Origin: a virus | Lineage: Duplodnaviria; Caudoviricetes | DNA: 62,215 nucleotides | IMG/VR virus record: IMGVR_UViG_3300044844_001006 | Span: 1 to 62,215 of that record | Reading direction: 5' to 3' (one strand) | Shown: piece by piece, positions 43,480-52,790 of the stretch | Layout: each line of letters opens with the position of its first letter | How positions within the stretch are numbered: the stretch's first letter is position 1 | Translations under genes and position numbers: made by a program | The notes under the pieces: generated by a model | Seen by the model: the letters and a program-made list of their open reading frames with translations, nothing else | What the model was told of the DNA's origin: nothing | The model's database searches: none

Positions 43480-44132
43480 CAGAAGGGCACCTCCTCGTCC
43501 GATGGGGGGCCGCCCCAGCCACCGCCTACTTCGGCATCCCGCTTGTTGCCCAGCAGATCAAGGCGATCCACGCGAATCACCGGCTTAGACCGCTCTTCCC
43601 CGGTGCTGCGATCGGTCCACAGCTCCAGCTTGAAGGATCCGGTGATGCCCAGCAGGGAGCCCTTGCGCACGTAGTCGGCAGCGACCTGGGCTTGCTTGCC
43701 CCAAACCTCAAGATTGAACCAGTCGGCTTCATCGCGACTCATGCGATTCACGGCCAGGGAGAGATTGGCCACCATGCTGCCGGATTCAAAGTAGCGGGCT
43801 TCGGGATCACGACCGGCACGGCCCACCAGGCTCACGATGTTGATGCCTGGCGTGCTTAGCGGGGTGACTGCATGGAATGAACTGACCTGCAGCTCGGGTG
43901 GGCGGTTCTTCTCGATGCGAAGGCGTCCGGTGAGCACGTAATGCTTACCTGGCTTGATGCTCGCTCCAGCCTCATCCGCGAGGTTCCCCCATGCCGTGAC
44001 TTGCAAGGGCATAGGCGGATCGTTGTCGCGGTATGCGGCGACTTCTACTGAGATGATGGCTTTATGCTTGTCGCCAACCGCTTTGATCGTGGGAGCTGCC
44101 TTGACAAGGGCCAGCAGGGTGAGGCTGTTCAT
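43479..44132 (-). CDS. ssb: Single-stranded DNA-binding protein with two tandem OB folds
   Basis: INIVSLVGRAGRDPEARYFESG...WFNLEVWGKQA...YVRKGSL...EEVPF, preceded by a second OB-like repeat. Confidence 0.9.
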   Translation of the reverse strand: MNSLTLLALVKAAPTIKAVGDKHKAIISVEVAAYRDNDPPMPLQVTAWGNLADEAGASIKPGKHYVLTGRLRIEKNRPPELQVSSFHAVTPLSTPGINIVSLVGRAGRDPEARYFESGSMVANLSLAVNRMSRDEADWFNLEVWGKQAQVAADYVRKGSLLGITGSFKLELWTDRSTGEERSKPVIRVDRLDLLGNKRDAEVGGGWGGPPSDEEVPF

Positions 44133-44182
44133 CGTATGTGGTGTTAGTGGATGTTGCCGGGTTGACCCCGGCGGGCCATAGA

Positions 44183-45001
44183 TCAAGCGGCGGTGGGAAC
44201 GTCCCAGGTGGCAGGCAGATCGGGGTCGTCGTCGGTCAGGGCAGCACCGGCAGCGTTGTACTTCTGGACCCATTCCTCGGGAACTCCTGTGGTTGCCAGC
44301 TTGTGCTGAGTCGCCTCAGAAAGGCCAGCAACGGCGGCTGTGCCCCCCTTACTGATCTCAGTGGCCATGGCACGCATACCTGCTTCGGTTAGCCCCGCTT
44401 GCTGGCAGCGCAGGTAGGCCATGGCGGCTGTGGTGGGCTGAGTACCGCCAGCGGCCTGCTGCTGCGGTTGGGCAGCCTGTTGCGGCTTGGCTGGTGCCTG
44501 GCGTGTGGGCGCCGATTGACGGGCTGCGGTTGTATTGGCTGCAGGCTTAGCAGCGGCGCTCGGCTCGTCGCGGTGGGGATTCTCTACGGGTTCCTTAGCC
44601 CAGAGCTGCCAGGCCAGGCCAAACGAGGCGGCGGCGGCGGTGCATAGGCAGCGGCGGTGGGTGTCCGTTAGATCGCGAGCATCGATCTTGGCGAGGGGAA
44701 CCGCTGCGTTGCGGTTGTCCATCACCGCCTGGGGAAAGTCTGGGGTCAGGGCATCGCCGGGCCCTTCGAAGTAGCCGACCACGTATCCGGTGCCGTTGGG
44801 GGCTTCCCATACGTGCCGCCCCTCGGCGGTGGGGCGAAGGTGGAACTGCCAGCCGGGGGCGTGCTCACGCAGAAGCTGAGCAGCGCGGGCCCAGTTGATG
44901 TAGTCAGCCGCGTAGGTGCCGGTGCCTTTGGTGTCAATGTCGGCGGCGCTGATCACGCTGCCTAGGTTTGGAGGGGCCAACGGGCCCAAGGCTTCGGTCA
45001 T
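44183..45001 (-). CDS. ssDNA-annealing protein (DUF1071/Sak3-like)
   Basis: YINWARA...AVMDNRN...HRRCLCTAAA..FGLAWQLWAKE, adjacent to ssb. Confidence 0.75.
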   Translation of the reverse strand: MTEALGPLAPPNLGSVISAADIDTKGTGTYAADYINWARAAQLLREHAPGWQFHLRPTAEGRHVWEAPNGTGYVVGYFEGPGDALTPDFPQAVMDNRNAAVPLAKIDARDLTDTHRRCLCTAAAASFGLAWQLWAKEPVENPHRDEPSAAAKPAANTTAARQSAPTRQAPAKPQQAAQPQQQAAGGTQPTTAAMAYLRCQQAGLTEAGMRAMATEISKGGTAAVAGLSEATQHKLATTGVPEEWVQKYNAAGAALTDDDPDLPATWDVPTAA

Positions 45002-45133
45002 GGGGAGGTCGGTGGTGGTGTTACCAGGGGTTGGCTGTGGGGGCTGCCCCCTGGCTTTTTGATTTTAACCCATGCCTAAGCCGTTTGGGAAGCGCAGCGG
45101 CTACTCTGCCTGCGAAACCGAAACAGCCTCTCC

Positions 45134-45346
45134 ATGGCAGCCATCCGCATCCTTGCAGAAGATCAGGAGCAGGCAGATCAGGTGTGGCGGGGCTTGTGCG
45201 AGCAGACCGCCATCACCGAGGCTGAGGTATGGCTAGGTGGTCACTACCTGTTCCACGTGGTCAGGCGCGGCGGCGGGATGCAGACAACTCTGCGTGCAGT
45301 TCAGTCGGCCCATAGTCCCCTTCCGGTAGTCCTCGAAGCGTCCTGA
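45134..45346 (+). CDS. Small hypothetical protein
   Basis: 70-aa ORF after a promoter-like region. Overlaps the 3' end of the convergent gene. Confidence 0.4.
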   Translation: MAAIRILAEDQEQADQVWRGLCEQTAITEAEVWLGGHYLFHVVRRGGGMQTTLRAVQSAHSPLPVVLEAS

Positions 45347-46109
45347 CCGTCTCTGCCAGCATGAACAGCTCCTTCTCCAGCTCAGCTTTGGAGTAGTCGG
45401 CGGTTCCGAGGATCACGCTGCGCAGGTGATCCCGGCGATCCGGCGAGGCTGAGGAGGGGTAGGCGGCCAGCACGGCATCCAGTGCCTCGCGCATGGTCTG
45501 CCCCTGTGCCAGCCGCTCCTGGGCCAGCCGGTCGAACAGGTCGGCGAGAGCCTGGCTAAGGGCCCTGGCTTCGCTGGGGCTCAGGTTGACCTCAGCGAGG
45601 TACGGGAGCACCAGGTAACCGGCCTGCAGGTCGCAGAAGTCGGCATAGTTCAGGGCTTCATCCGTGTGATGCGGGTGATGCAGCCAGATTGCGTTATTTA
45701 GCCACAGCTCCTCAATCCGGTAGGCCGAGTGCGGCCCGTAGCGCCTCATGCACACTTGTTCGCCACGCCGCTGCCACAGCCAGATAGCTTCATTGGCGCC
45801 GCCTAGGGCGTCAAGGTTGCGGTGCGAGGGCTTGACGACAGATCCGTTGCGCAGGTGGCTGAGCTGTGGCGATGACAGCCAACCCTTTTCACTCATCGCC
45901 CAATCGGCAATGGAGCCGAGCTGCTCATGGGACAGGCCAGAGCGGGCGAGCCAGAAATTCAGCACGGCCGATAGGTGCTGCCGACCCTGCAGGTGTCGCC
46001 GGGAGGACAGTTGACGGCCTGGTGGGAGTGTGTCGGGCACGAGCGTAGGCGGGGGTGGGGGCTGGGCAGGCCAGTCAAGGGCCTGCCGCAGATCAGTGGT
46101 GGTTTTCAT
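45261..46109 (-). CDS. Putative XRE-like transcriptional regulator (repressor candidate)
   Basis: LARSGLSHEQL...LSSPQLSHLRNG is HTH-like. Divergent from the replication operon. Confidence 0.5.
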   Translation of the reverse strand: MKTTTDLRQALDWPAQPPPPPTLVPDTLPPGRQLSSRRHLQGRQHLSAVLNFWLARSGLSHEQLGSIADWAMSEKGWLSSPQLSHLRNGSVVKPSHRNLDALGGANEAIWLWQRRGEQVCMRRYGPHSAYRIEELWLNNAIWLHHPHHTDEALNYADFCDLQAGYLVLPYLAEVNLSPSEARALSQALADLFDRLAQERLAQGQTMREALDAVLAAYPSSASPDRRDHLRSVILGTADYSKAELEKELFMLAETVRTLRGLPEGDYGPTELHAELSASRRRA

Positions 46110-46339
46110 AAAAGCAACGCTACGACCTTTTACGGCTTACAGCTTGTGATCTTGATCAATGCCTTGCGGCACCGTGCGGCAAGCGGGTTCGTGGCAGTTC
46201 CGAAAGCGGAGCAGCCCGCTGCAGTTCGGGTAGGATGGGCCCGTGCTGGCTAGGGCTCGACCCGCTGCCAGGCACAAAAAAGCCCCCCGTGCGGCCAGCT
46301 CGGGAGGCTTTCAGATCAACAATCGCGGAATTATTGTAC

Positions 46340-47401
46340 ATGACCGAAGCGATAGGAGCTGCCGATCAGGTAGCCGGTTTAGCTCAGCCCAGGATCACGC
46401 GACCAAGGTTTGCTCAGGTGCCAATCGCGCTGCTAGAAGCCTGCGCCGAGCGCAAGGGCACCCTGTTCGTTTACGCCTGGCTTTGGCATTACGCAGGGCA
46501 TGACGATCAGGCATTCCCATCCATCACCAGGCTGGCCCTGGAGTGTCGGATGAAGGTGGATGACGTTCGATCGAGCCTGCGCTGGCTTGTGGAAAACGGC
46601 TGGATCAGCCGGGTTGATCGGGTTGGGCAGACCGCTCTTTTTCACGTGAGGTACGAGCAGACCCCTCCCCCAAAAGGGGTACCCCTCCCCCAAAAGGGGG
46701 ATACCCCAAAAGGGGTACCCCACCCCTCCCCCAAAAGGGGTAGGGGACCCCTCCCCCAAAAGGGGGACCCTAACAAGAGGGATTTAACAAGAGGACTTGA
46801 ACAAGACTTAGAACCCCCCTTACCCCCCAGTGGGGGGAACGCGGGCGAGGGGCAGGGCGAGCTGATCACGGTCGAAGCCATGCCCGTTGCCGTGCCCGTT
46901 AACGCTGCGCTTTCCAAAAGCTCAGAAACGGCTAAGATTCCAGAACCACCACCGCAGACCATGGCCCTGACCAAGCCACCATGGAAGCCACGCTTCCAGC
47001 CATCACACGACCTGATCCCTACCGAGCTACTGCCCGTCCATCCCGAGATCTTGGGCTTCTGGGCCGTGAAAGCCGGAGCCCGCACACAGCTCGCCTGGGA
47101 TGGCCTGCTCAAACAGCTAGCCCTGATCCAGCAGGATCCTCTAGGGGGCACCGAAGCTGTTCGTAGCCAGCTCCAGGAGGGCATCGATCGGGCACCGATC
47201 AAGCCGTGGATGTCGGTCACTCACTCGCTGTGGCGCACCTACGGCATGAAGGGCTCCCGCAATGGTGGCAGCAACCGCCGCCCAACCCCTGAGGAAAACG
47301 CTGCCGCTGCCGTCGCGTTCATCCAAGCCCGCGATGCCCGCAAGGCTGCCGCTGCTGCCGCCGCCTCTCAGCAAACCCTGCTCGCTGAGGTGGTCGCGTG
47401 A
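46340..47401 (+). CDS. Replication initiator (N-terminal winged HTH)
   Basis: AFPSITRLALEC..KVDDVRSSLRWLVENGWI, followed by internal iterons as in lambda O-like initiators. Confidence 0.82.
   Translation: MTEAIGAADQVAGLAQPRITRPRFAQVPIALLEACAERKGTLFVYAWLWHYAGHDDQAFPSITRLALECRMKVDDVRSSLRWLVENGWISRVDRVGQTALFHVRYEQTPPPKGVPLPQKGDTPKGVPHPSPKRGRGPLPQKGDPNKRDLTRGLEQDLEPPLPPSGGNAGEGQGELITVEAMPVAVPVNAALSKSSETAKIPEPPPQTMALTKPPWKPRFQPSHDLIPTELLPVHPEILGFWAVKAGARTQLAWDGLLKQLALIQQDPLGGTEAVRSQLQEGIDRAPIKPWMSVTHSLWRTYGMKGSRNGGSNRRPTPEENAAAAVAFIQARDARKAAAAAAASQQTLLAEVVA
46661..46770 (+). repeat. Iterons, candidate origin of replication
   Basis: ACCCCTCCCCCAAAAGGGG at 46661, 46681, 46722 and 46747, plus a partial copy at 46703. 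Confidence 0.85.
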
Positions 47402-48132
47402 TCAGCCTCCAGCAGTTCCAGGTAGCCATCACCTCGCTGATGCAAATCCTGCCGATGGCGAAGCCGTTATCAGCAGCGGCCCTGGTGATGGCCTGGGACA
47501 CGTTCCCAGAGCGGGCGAAGATCGACCTAACGGACGAAATTCTGCTGTTCGCGGTGCAGCAACGGGTGCTCGACCCAGAGCCTCCCAAGGGCATGGCGCC
47601 CCACGTGGCCCTGCTGCGGTACGCCTACCCGGTCGATCGCACCATCCGCCGCGAGCGCGGGGAGGATGTAATCAGCGATCAGCCGATGGTGGACCGGGGC
47701 CTCCGCAGGGATCTTGCCCAGCGCATGGCCGCTCCCGATCGGTTTCACGACCCAGCCCCCGCCCGAAACGAGCAGGCGCCACCGCAGCAGCCGCAGCTAC
47801 CCGCCGGCTCGACCCAGTGGCACCCCGATCACCTGACCACAGAGCAGCGCCGCGCCCATGTTCGTGCCGTGGCTTCTGCGGTTTCCAAACTGCGCGAGCG
47901 AGGCATAGATTCCAGAATCTGGAAGCCAGAGCAGCTTGCGCAGGGCCGGTGGTGGTTTGAGAAGGCGCTGCAGGGGTTCTGGCCCTTGGAGGCTGACGAC
48001 GGGGGCATTGCAGCCGCCTGGGTGCTCCGCAATGCCAACCGGGCTGATCAGCTCCTGGAGGCTGCCGGCGACGGCAATCTGAACGCGCCCCCAGCCGAGG
48101 CGGTTGTGGCTAGCTTTGCGGGGGGCCGGTGA
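47398..48132 (+). CDS. Hypothetical protein, possible helicase loader by position
   Basis: 244 aa, GTGA-coupled to the initiator. Confidence 0.55.
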   Translation: MISLQQFQVAITSLMQILPMAKPLSAAALVMAWDTFPERAKIDLTDEILLFAVQQRVLDPEPPKGMAPHVALLRYAYPVDRTIRRERGEDVISDQPMVDRGLRRDLAQRMAAPDRFHDPAPARNEQAPPQQPQLPAGSTQWHPDHLTTEQRRAHVRAVASAVSKLRERGIDSRIWKPEQLAQGRWWFEKALQGFWPLEADDGGIAAAWVLRNANRADQLLEAAGDGNLNAPPAEAVVASFAGGR

Positions 48133-48401
48133 TGTTCACCCCAGTTCGCGCCTACTCATGCCGCCCCGCTGGCGAGGAGTGGCACATGGTTGTGTTTGCT
48201 GCCACTAGCAAGCGTGCCCGCTTACTGGCCTATCGCGCCGGTCCGAGCGGTGAAGATGACAATTACATCGACTGGCGCTCTCGCCGCTTCCCTGAGGCTG
48301 ATGGGCTTCGTGCCAGCGAGGCGGTCTGGACTCATGCTCCTGACGCGCCGGAATCGGTGCGCACTGAGGCTTCGGGGCTGTGGCAGGAGGCGGACTGGTG
48401 A
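48129..48401 (+). CDS. Hypothetical protein
   Basis: VVFAATSKRAR...YIDWRSRRFPEAD. Confidence 0.65.
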   Translation: MMFTPVRAYSCRPAGEEWHMVVFAATSKRARLLAYRAGPSGEDDNYIDWRSRRFPEADGLRASEAVWTHAPDAPESVRTEASGLWQEADW

Positions 48402-49039
48402 TGTTCACCCCCACCTGCAAGCCGACCCCGATCCCCGGCATCTACCAGCACACCAGCGGCGCCATGATTGGCCGCACGGTGGCCGAGGTAATCGCCAGCC
48501 TCTACCCCGAGCAGCGCATCAGCCAGCCCAACGGCACCATCCGCCGCGCCTTTGCCCGCATGGCCCGCCAGCGGGCAGCAGGAGGGCCTGTGGAGCGCTT
48601 CAGCGGGGGGAGCGACCCGATCAGCCGGACAACCGCGCACCTGACCTCCTGGAGCCTCTGGGACGAGCCTCAGATCATCGCGGCGCCGATCCACCTTGCC
48701 GACCGCCGCCTCCGGGTGGCCACCACCGCAGACCTACTGCTCCGCTTCCCTGATGGCGCCCTGGGTATCGCCCTGTTGATCACCGAGGCCCAGCCCCCAG
48801 CCATCCCCGAAGCCTGGCTGGCTGCGCTTGGCGGGGCCCTGGTGATGGCCTCCGATCAGCTGCGCACCCTGATCGATCGACCCTTCTTGATCTGGGCCAG
48901 CCCCCTTGGCGTCTCCACCACCGAGCACGACCCGGACGCCTGCACCGTGCCCTGGGTCACTGGACTTGAAACGGCTGCTTGGCTTCATGCGTTACGAAAC
49001 GACAGCACCGGCTTTACGAAAGCTGAGCCAGTGGCTTAG
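48398..49039 (+). CDS. Hypothetical protein, possibly a degenerate PD-(D/E)XK fold
   Basis: RVATTADLLLRFPDG resembles the exonuclease xAGTxD motif but the catalytic D-x-K is absent. Confidence 0.5.
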   Translation: MMFTPTCKPTPIPGIYQHTSGAMIGRTVAEVIASLYPEQRISQPNGTIRRAFARMARQRAAGGPVERFSGGSDPISRTTAHLTSWSLWDEPQIIAAPIHLADRRLRVATTADLLLRFPDGALGIALLITEAQPPAIPEAWLAALGGALVMASDQLRTLIDRPFLIWASPLGVSTTEHDPDACTVPWVTGLETAAWLHALRNDSTGFTKAEPVA

Positions 49040-49087
49040 AGTTGCGGAACGGCAACAGCCGCACCACCACCAACGACCCGCAACACC

Positions 49088-49276
49088 ATGGACATTTCTC
49101 GACACCTCTCGCTAGAGCCACGCGCAGACGATCCTGATATGACCCCGGCCGAGCGCAACAGTCGCGCCTATCTGCGGGCTCAGTACGAAGCTTGGCGTGC
49201 AGCCAACCCGTTTTCAGATGTCCTGGATTTCGCGCTGCACGTTGTCCGCACCCAGCAACAGGGGGTGGCGGCGTGA
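49088..49276 (+). CDS. Small hypothetical protein
   Basis: 62 aa, ATG after a CA-rich leader. Confidence 0.55.
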   Translation: MDISRHLSLEPRADDPDMTPAERNSRAYLRAQYEAWRAANPFSDVLDFALHVVRTQQQGVAA

Positions 49277-49644
49277 GCCACATTGAATTCCCGGCGCTGA
49301 CGCCGGAAGCGCATAGAGCGTTTGCCGCAGCCGAGGAGACGCGGCAAGCGTTCGTCGAAGCCGATAGCCCTTGCTTTGACCAGTTGCCCCGGTGGTTTCG
49401 CCGCTGCCTCGCCGCCTTTCTGCGTGAAGCGCTAGGTCAAGCGGGGGTTTCTTCGGCTACCACATTCAGCGATGGGTCAATTATTGACAAGCTTTTTGCC
49501 ATCGCCAACAACCTCCACAGCCCTCTGCCACCTGCGCCCCCGCCAACCCTGGCTCAGGCTCGGGCGGCTGATCTGGAAACGCAAGAGGGCATTGAAACGG
49601 TTCGCGCTTTCCTGGCGGCGCTGGGGGAGGGTGGGCAGCCATGA
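49273..49644 (+). CDS. Hypothetical protein
   Basis: GTGA-coupled, with a CLAAFLREAL module. Confidence 0.55.
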   Translation: MSHIEFPALTPEAHRAFAAAEETRQAFVEADSPCFDQLPRWFRRCLAAFLREALGQAGVSSATTFSDGSIIDKLFAIANNLHSPLPPAPPPTLAQARAADLETQEGIETVRAFLAALGEGGQP

Positions 49645-49768
49645 CCCTCGCCCTATCCATCCGCCAGCTGCGGGCAGACCTGGCGACGGCGAAGCAGGAG
49701 GCCAAGGGCTTGCGGGCTGAGTTGGCGTTGATGTACGGGGAGCCCCCCGGCCCAGAGGAGCACCACTG

Positions 49769-49990
49769 ATGGCCGCTGCTCGCGTGCTGCTCACCGTTGC
49801 GGAAGCTGCCGAAGCCCTTAAGGTTTCAGATCGGCACATCAAGCGCCTGATTGCTGAGGCCGACGCCAACCGCAAATCCCGCTGGCGCTGGGGCCGGGAG
49901 TTGATCGACCTGGCGCCTGTTGGTAGCAGCAGGCGCTGCGTGCGGGTCAATGTGGGAGCGGTGGTGCCAAGATTACTTAATCATCATTAA
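49769..49990 (+). CDS. Excisionase-like HTH protein
   Basis: LLTVAEAAEALKVSDRHIKRLI, next to the integrase. Confidence 0.75.
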   Translation: MAAARVLLTVAEAAEALKVSDRHIKRLIAEADANRKSRWRWGRELIDLAPVGSSRRCVRVNVGAVVPRLLNHH

Positions 49991-49993
49991 GTT

Positions 49994-50188
49994 ATGACAA
50001 TGAACGACTGGCAACCGATTGAAACCGCGCCGAAGGACGGAACCGAAATTTTGACGTGGGACGGCAACGAGCATCAGATCCTGTGGTGGTTAGATGCTGT
50101 CGGATGGGTTGGCGATGATGACTTTCTGGATAAATTGCCCACCTACTGGCAGCCGCTGCCGGAGCCTCCAGCCTTACTCACCTCCTAG
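49994..50188 (+). CDS. DUF551-like protein
   Basis: WQPIETAPKDGTEIL...PTYWQPLPEPP. Confidence 0.8.
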   Translation: MTMNDWQPIETAPKDGTEILTWDGNEHQILWWLDAVGWVGDDDFLDKLPTYWQPLPEPPALLTS

Positions 50189-51178
50189 CGCCCGCTCCGC
50201 CGCTTCGGCAACCTGCCAAGGCTGAATGTGAGCGCGGTAGGTCCGGGAGTGCTGGCCTGGGGTGTGACCCATCAAGCGAGCAGCGGTGTAGATGTCAAGC
50301 CTGCTGCCGCCCTCTCGCCACAGTCTCCCGCCATAGGCGTGGCGAAGGGAGTAAGGGCGCCACGGCAGCCCCTGCCGCCGCAACTCCTTATTGAGCCACT
50401 TGCTCACCGCCTCGGGGCGATCGGCGCTGCCCTCCAGCCGCAGCCGCAACCGCCGATCCCGCAACCCGAACCGCTCCACCCACTCGCGGGGCAGGGGCAC
50501 CACCGTGCGAAACCCGGTCTTGGTGCCATCCGCCACCTGGCACAGATCGCGCTCGATCAGCGTCGCCCCTTCGATCTCATGCGGCCTGAGCCCGTAGGTG
50601 GCCATCAACCCCCAATACCAGCGCACCGGATTGGGCGCCCCCTCCACCCACTCGATGATCTCGGCATCGGTCGGCACCGCCACCAACTCCGCTTGGCTGT
50701 AGGTGGGCAGTGGCACCTCTGGGAACGGCACCGCTACCAACCGCGACAGGTGCCGCAGGAGGTAGTACAGCTCCTTGTAGCTGCAGGTGGCCCGGTCGTA
50801 CCGCTCCAGGGCCTTGGCCATGCTGGCGGTCGTGCAGGCGCCCCCCTGTGGAACCTGCCGCAGGCGCCCGAGATAGTTCACCTGCCAGGTGCTCTCGCCC
50901 GTGCGCCCCAGCACCACCCGAGCCCGGTAGAGCTTGGCAATGGCCTCGCGCCAGGTGATCGCTCCCGAGGCCTGATCCAGCCAGTACCCCCACTCAAACG
51001 TCCCCGTGCTGAGCTGCCGCTCCAGTGTCTGGAGCTGCTTCAAGGCGGTGCGGCGGTTGATCGGCGTGTCGTCAAGCTTCAGGGCGATGCGGGACTGTTG
51101 CAGCCCTGGGGCCCCGTCACGCCTAGGCAGCCTGGCCAGCAGGTAGAGCCGCCCACGCTGGGTGTTGATCGAGGCCAT
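50174..51178 (-). CDS. int: Tyrosine integrase (cyanobacterial phage type)
   Basis: Catalytic set in YGLRPHE, TKTG, YSLRHAY, MGH and HSRTY. N terminus RGRLYLLARLP. Confidence 0.92.
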   Translation of the reverse strand: MASINTQRGRLYLLARLPRRDGAPGLQQSRIALKLDDTPINRRTALKQLQTLERQLSTGTFEWGYWLDQASGAITWREAIAKLYRARVVLGRTGESTWQVNYLGRLRQVPQGGACTTASMAKALERYDRATCSYKELYYLLRHLSRLVAVPFPEVPLPTYSQAELVAVPTDAEIIEWVEGAPNPVRWYWGLMATYGLRPHEIEGATLIERDLCQVADGTKTGFRTVVPLPREWVERFGLRDRRLRLRLEGSADRPEAVSKWLNKELRRQGLPWRPYSLRHAYGGRLWREGGSRLDIYTAARLMGHTPGQHSRTYRAHIQPWQVAEAAERALGGE

Positions 51179-51179
51179 G

Positions 51180-51440
51180 GGGAATACGACGCGGCGAAAA
51201 AGCAGAGCTGCACCCGACGCACGGGCCGTGCATAAACTACGCTCTGCCAGTCCCTTCCTGTCCCTTGCTGTCACCTAAGGCAGCACCACTGCACCCGGTT
51301 AGATCGCCCTCAGTGCCTGCACTTTGCCTTAAACGGCAGGCCAGAACCGCAAGATACAAATCCTCGTCGATTTCGCGGATATCGTATTCCCTACCCAGTC
51401 ACCGCAAGGTTTTTCGGCGGTGGTGCATAAGCTGCCCATC
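51180..51440. other. Candidate attP region
   Basis: Non-coding gap beside int, with inverted GGGAATACGA copies (51180 and about 51382) and direct GTGCATAA copies (about 51228 and 51423). Confidence 0.4.
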
Positions 51441-51483
51441 ACCACCACGACACGGAAACCTTCGGAACCACAGCGATAGTCCG

Positions 51484-51702
51484 GTGCCTGATCCTCTCGT
51501 CCCGGTCCAGGAGGTGGTAGTGGTCTGCGGAGAGCCGATCTGGCGCATCTGCGCTGGAAATCTTTGCGTGGAGTCAAAGTGTGGCGCAGCGGCCTGGCGG
51601 AGCCTCCGGCGCCTCTGCTGGGATGCAGGGGTCACCCTGGCAACCACAGGCATCACAGGGCCCAGCGTGGGGCCCCCTCCGTTGCCGGATCCAGGGGTCT
51701 AG
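51484..51702 (+). CDS. Small hypothetical protein
   Basis: GTG start about 25 nt after a GGAAACCT motif. Confidence 0.5.
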   Translation: MPDPLVPVQEVVVVCGEPIWRICAGNLCVESKCGAAAWRSLRRLCWDAGVTLATTGITGPSVGPPPLPDPGV

Positions 51703-52442
51703 CTGAACAGCCAAGCCCAGCCCGACCCGGCGCCCTCTGCCTCCCATCGCGGGTTGAAGTTCCGATAGCTGTAGCGGAGGCCCCGCCCGCTGGTCCCGCC
51801 GCTGCGCAGCCAGCCGCCGCGAACCAGATCAAGCTCGCCGAACGGATCCATCACGCTCCAGCCGTGCGCGTCAAACCCGTAGCAGGCCAGCCAGTGGCCA
51901 CCGCCGGACGGGGCGCCAACAGGACCTCTGTGAAGGTATCCCATTGCCAGGGGCAGGCCCGCCCGGATCTCCGCCTGGGCTTGGGAAGCTGAGCATTCCT
52001 TCGTGAATCGCGCCTTGACCCCCAACTTTTTTAGAGCCTCTTGGTGCGCCGCTTGGCTGGTGGTGTCCCCGTGGCGGCGGACGATTTTCAGGTAGTCGGT
52101 GTCATCTTTGATGCCGCCCACCCCCAGGTAGGCCAGGCACATGGCCACGGCACTGGACTGGCACTGGCGCCACCCCTCGGGGCCATCGCTAGCGTTGATC
52201 TGGGAGAAGTAGGGGAATCCCGCTAGGGGATTGGTCGGCAGTGCTGCTGGCGGTTCTACAGGCTCAGCCTGCTTGCCGTCCTGGCTCCAGGTGGCAAACC
52301 ACGGTCGATCACGGCGCATTGCCACCGCGTACCCATTGGCGGCAAGATCAGCTTCCAACTCGACAACCGCCGCCGACTGATGGGGCAGAGCCCGCCAGTA
52401 CCTGAACAGCTGGTGCAGGGCAATAGGGGAAGCGTTGGCCAT
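51699..52442 (-). CDS. C39-like cysteine peptidase (putative endolysin)
   Basis: PYFSQ...RQCQSSAVAMCL...GGGHW...DPFG, beside holin-like genes. Confidence 0.82.
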   Translation of the reverse strand: MANASPIALHQLFRYWRALPHQSAAVVELEADLAANGYAVAMRRDRPWFATWSQDGKQAEPVEPPAALPTNPLAGFPYFSQINASDGPEGWRQCQSSAVAMCLAYLGVGGIKDDTDYLKIVRRHGDTTSQAAHQEALKKLGVKARFTKECSASQAQAEIRAGLPLAMGYLHRGPVGAPSGGGHWLACYGFDAHGWSVMDPFGELDLVRGGWLRSGGTSGRGLRYSYRNFNPRWEAEGAGSGWAWLFS

Positions 52443-52499
52443 GGTCACTTCAGGTTCTACCCTAGGTTTCCCGGCAAGCTGAGGCACACGCACGGCGCC

Positions 52500-52790
52500 G
52501 TGCCTACCGCTGTCATCGCCTGGGATCTTGAGAGGGTCTTCCTCCTGGAAGGCAAGCGCGGGCTAGGCATCATGGGACGTGCTTTTGATCTTTTACCGGG
52601 AGGCACAATGTTCTCAGCCTCCTGCATTCTGCGCGGAATTGTTGGTGTGACCGTTAAGATGATCAGCAGCAGTAAAGCTGAGGTTGTCAATTTTGAGCCG
52701 GTCGTAATAGCCCGAGAAGACACCGACCCGAAAGACCTAGAGGAATGGCACACGGAACTGTTAGAGGCCTTCCACACCCAACCCGCCTAG
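52500..52790 (+). CDS. Hypothetical protein
   Basis: GTG start after a GGCAAGCT motif. Confidence 0.5.
   Translation: MPTAVIAWDLERVFLLEGKRGLGIMGRAFDLLPGGTMFSASCILRGIVGVTVKMISSSKAEVVNFEPVVIAREDTDPKDLEEWHTELLEAFHTQPA

Noticed and set aside
50228-51235. 335-aa plus-strand ORF and similar long antisense ORFs (33445-34353, 26401-27033, 37410-38114)
   Set aside because: These are shadow frames of GC-rich genes with clear motifs on the opposite strand (integrase, KilA-N, methyltransferase, coiled-coil gene).
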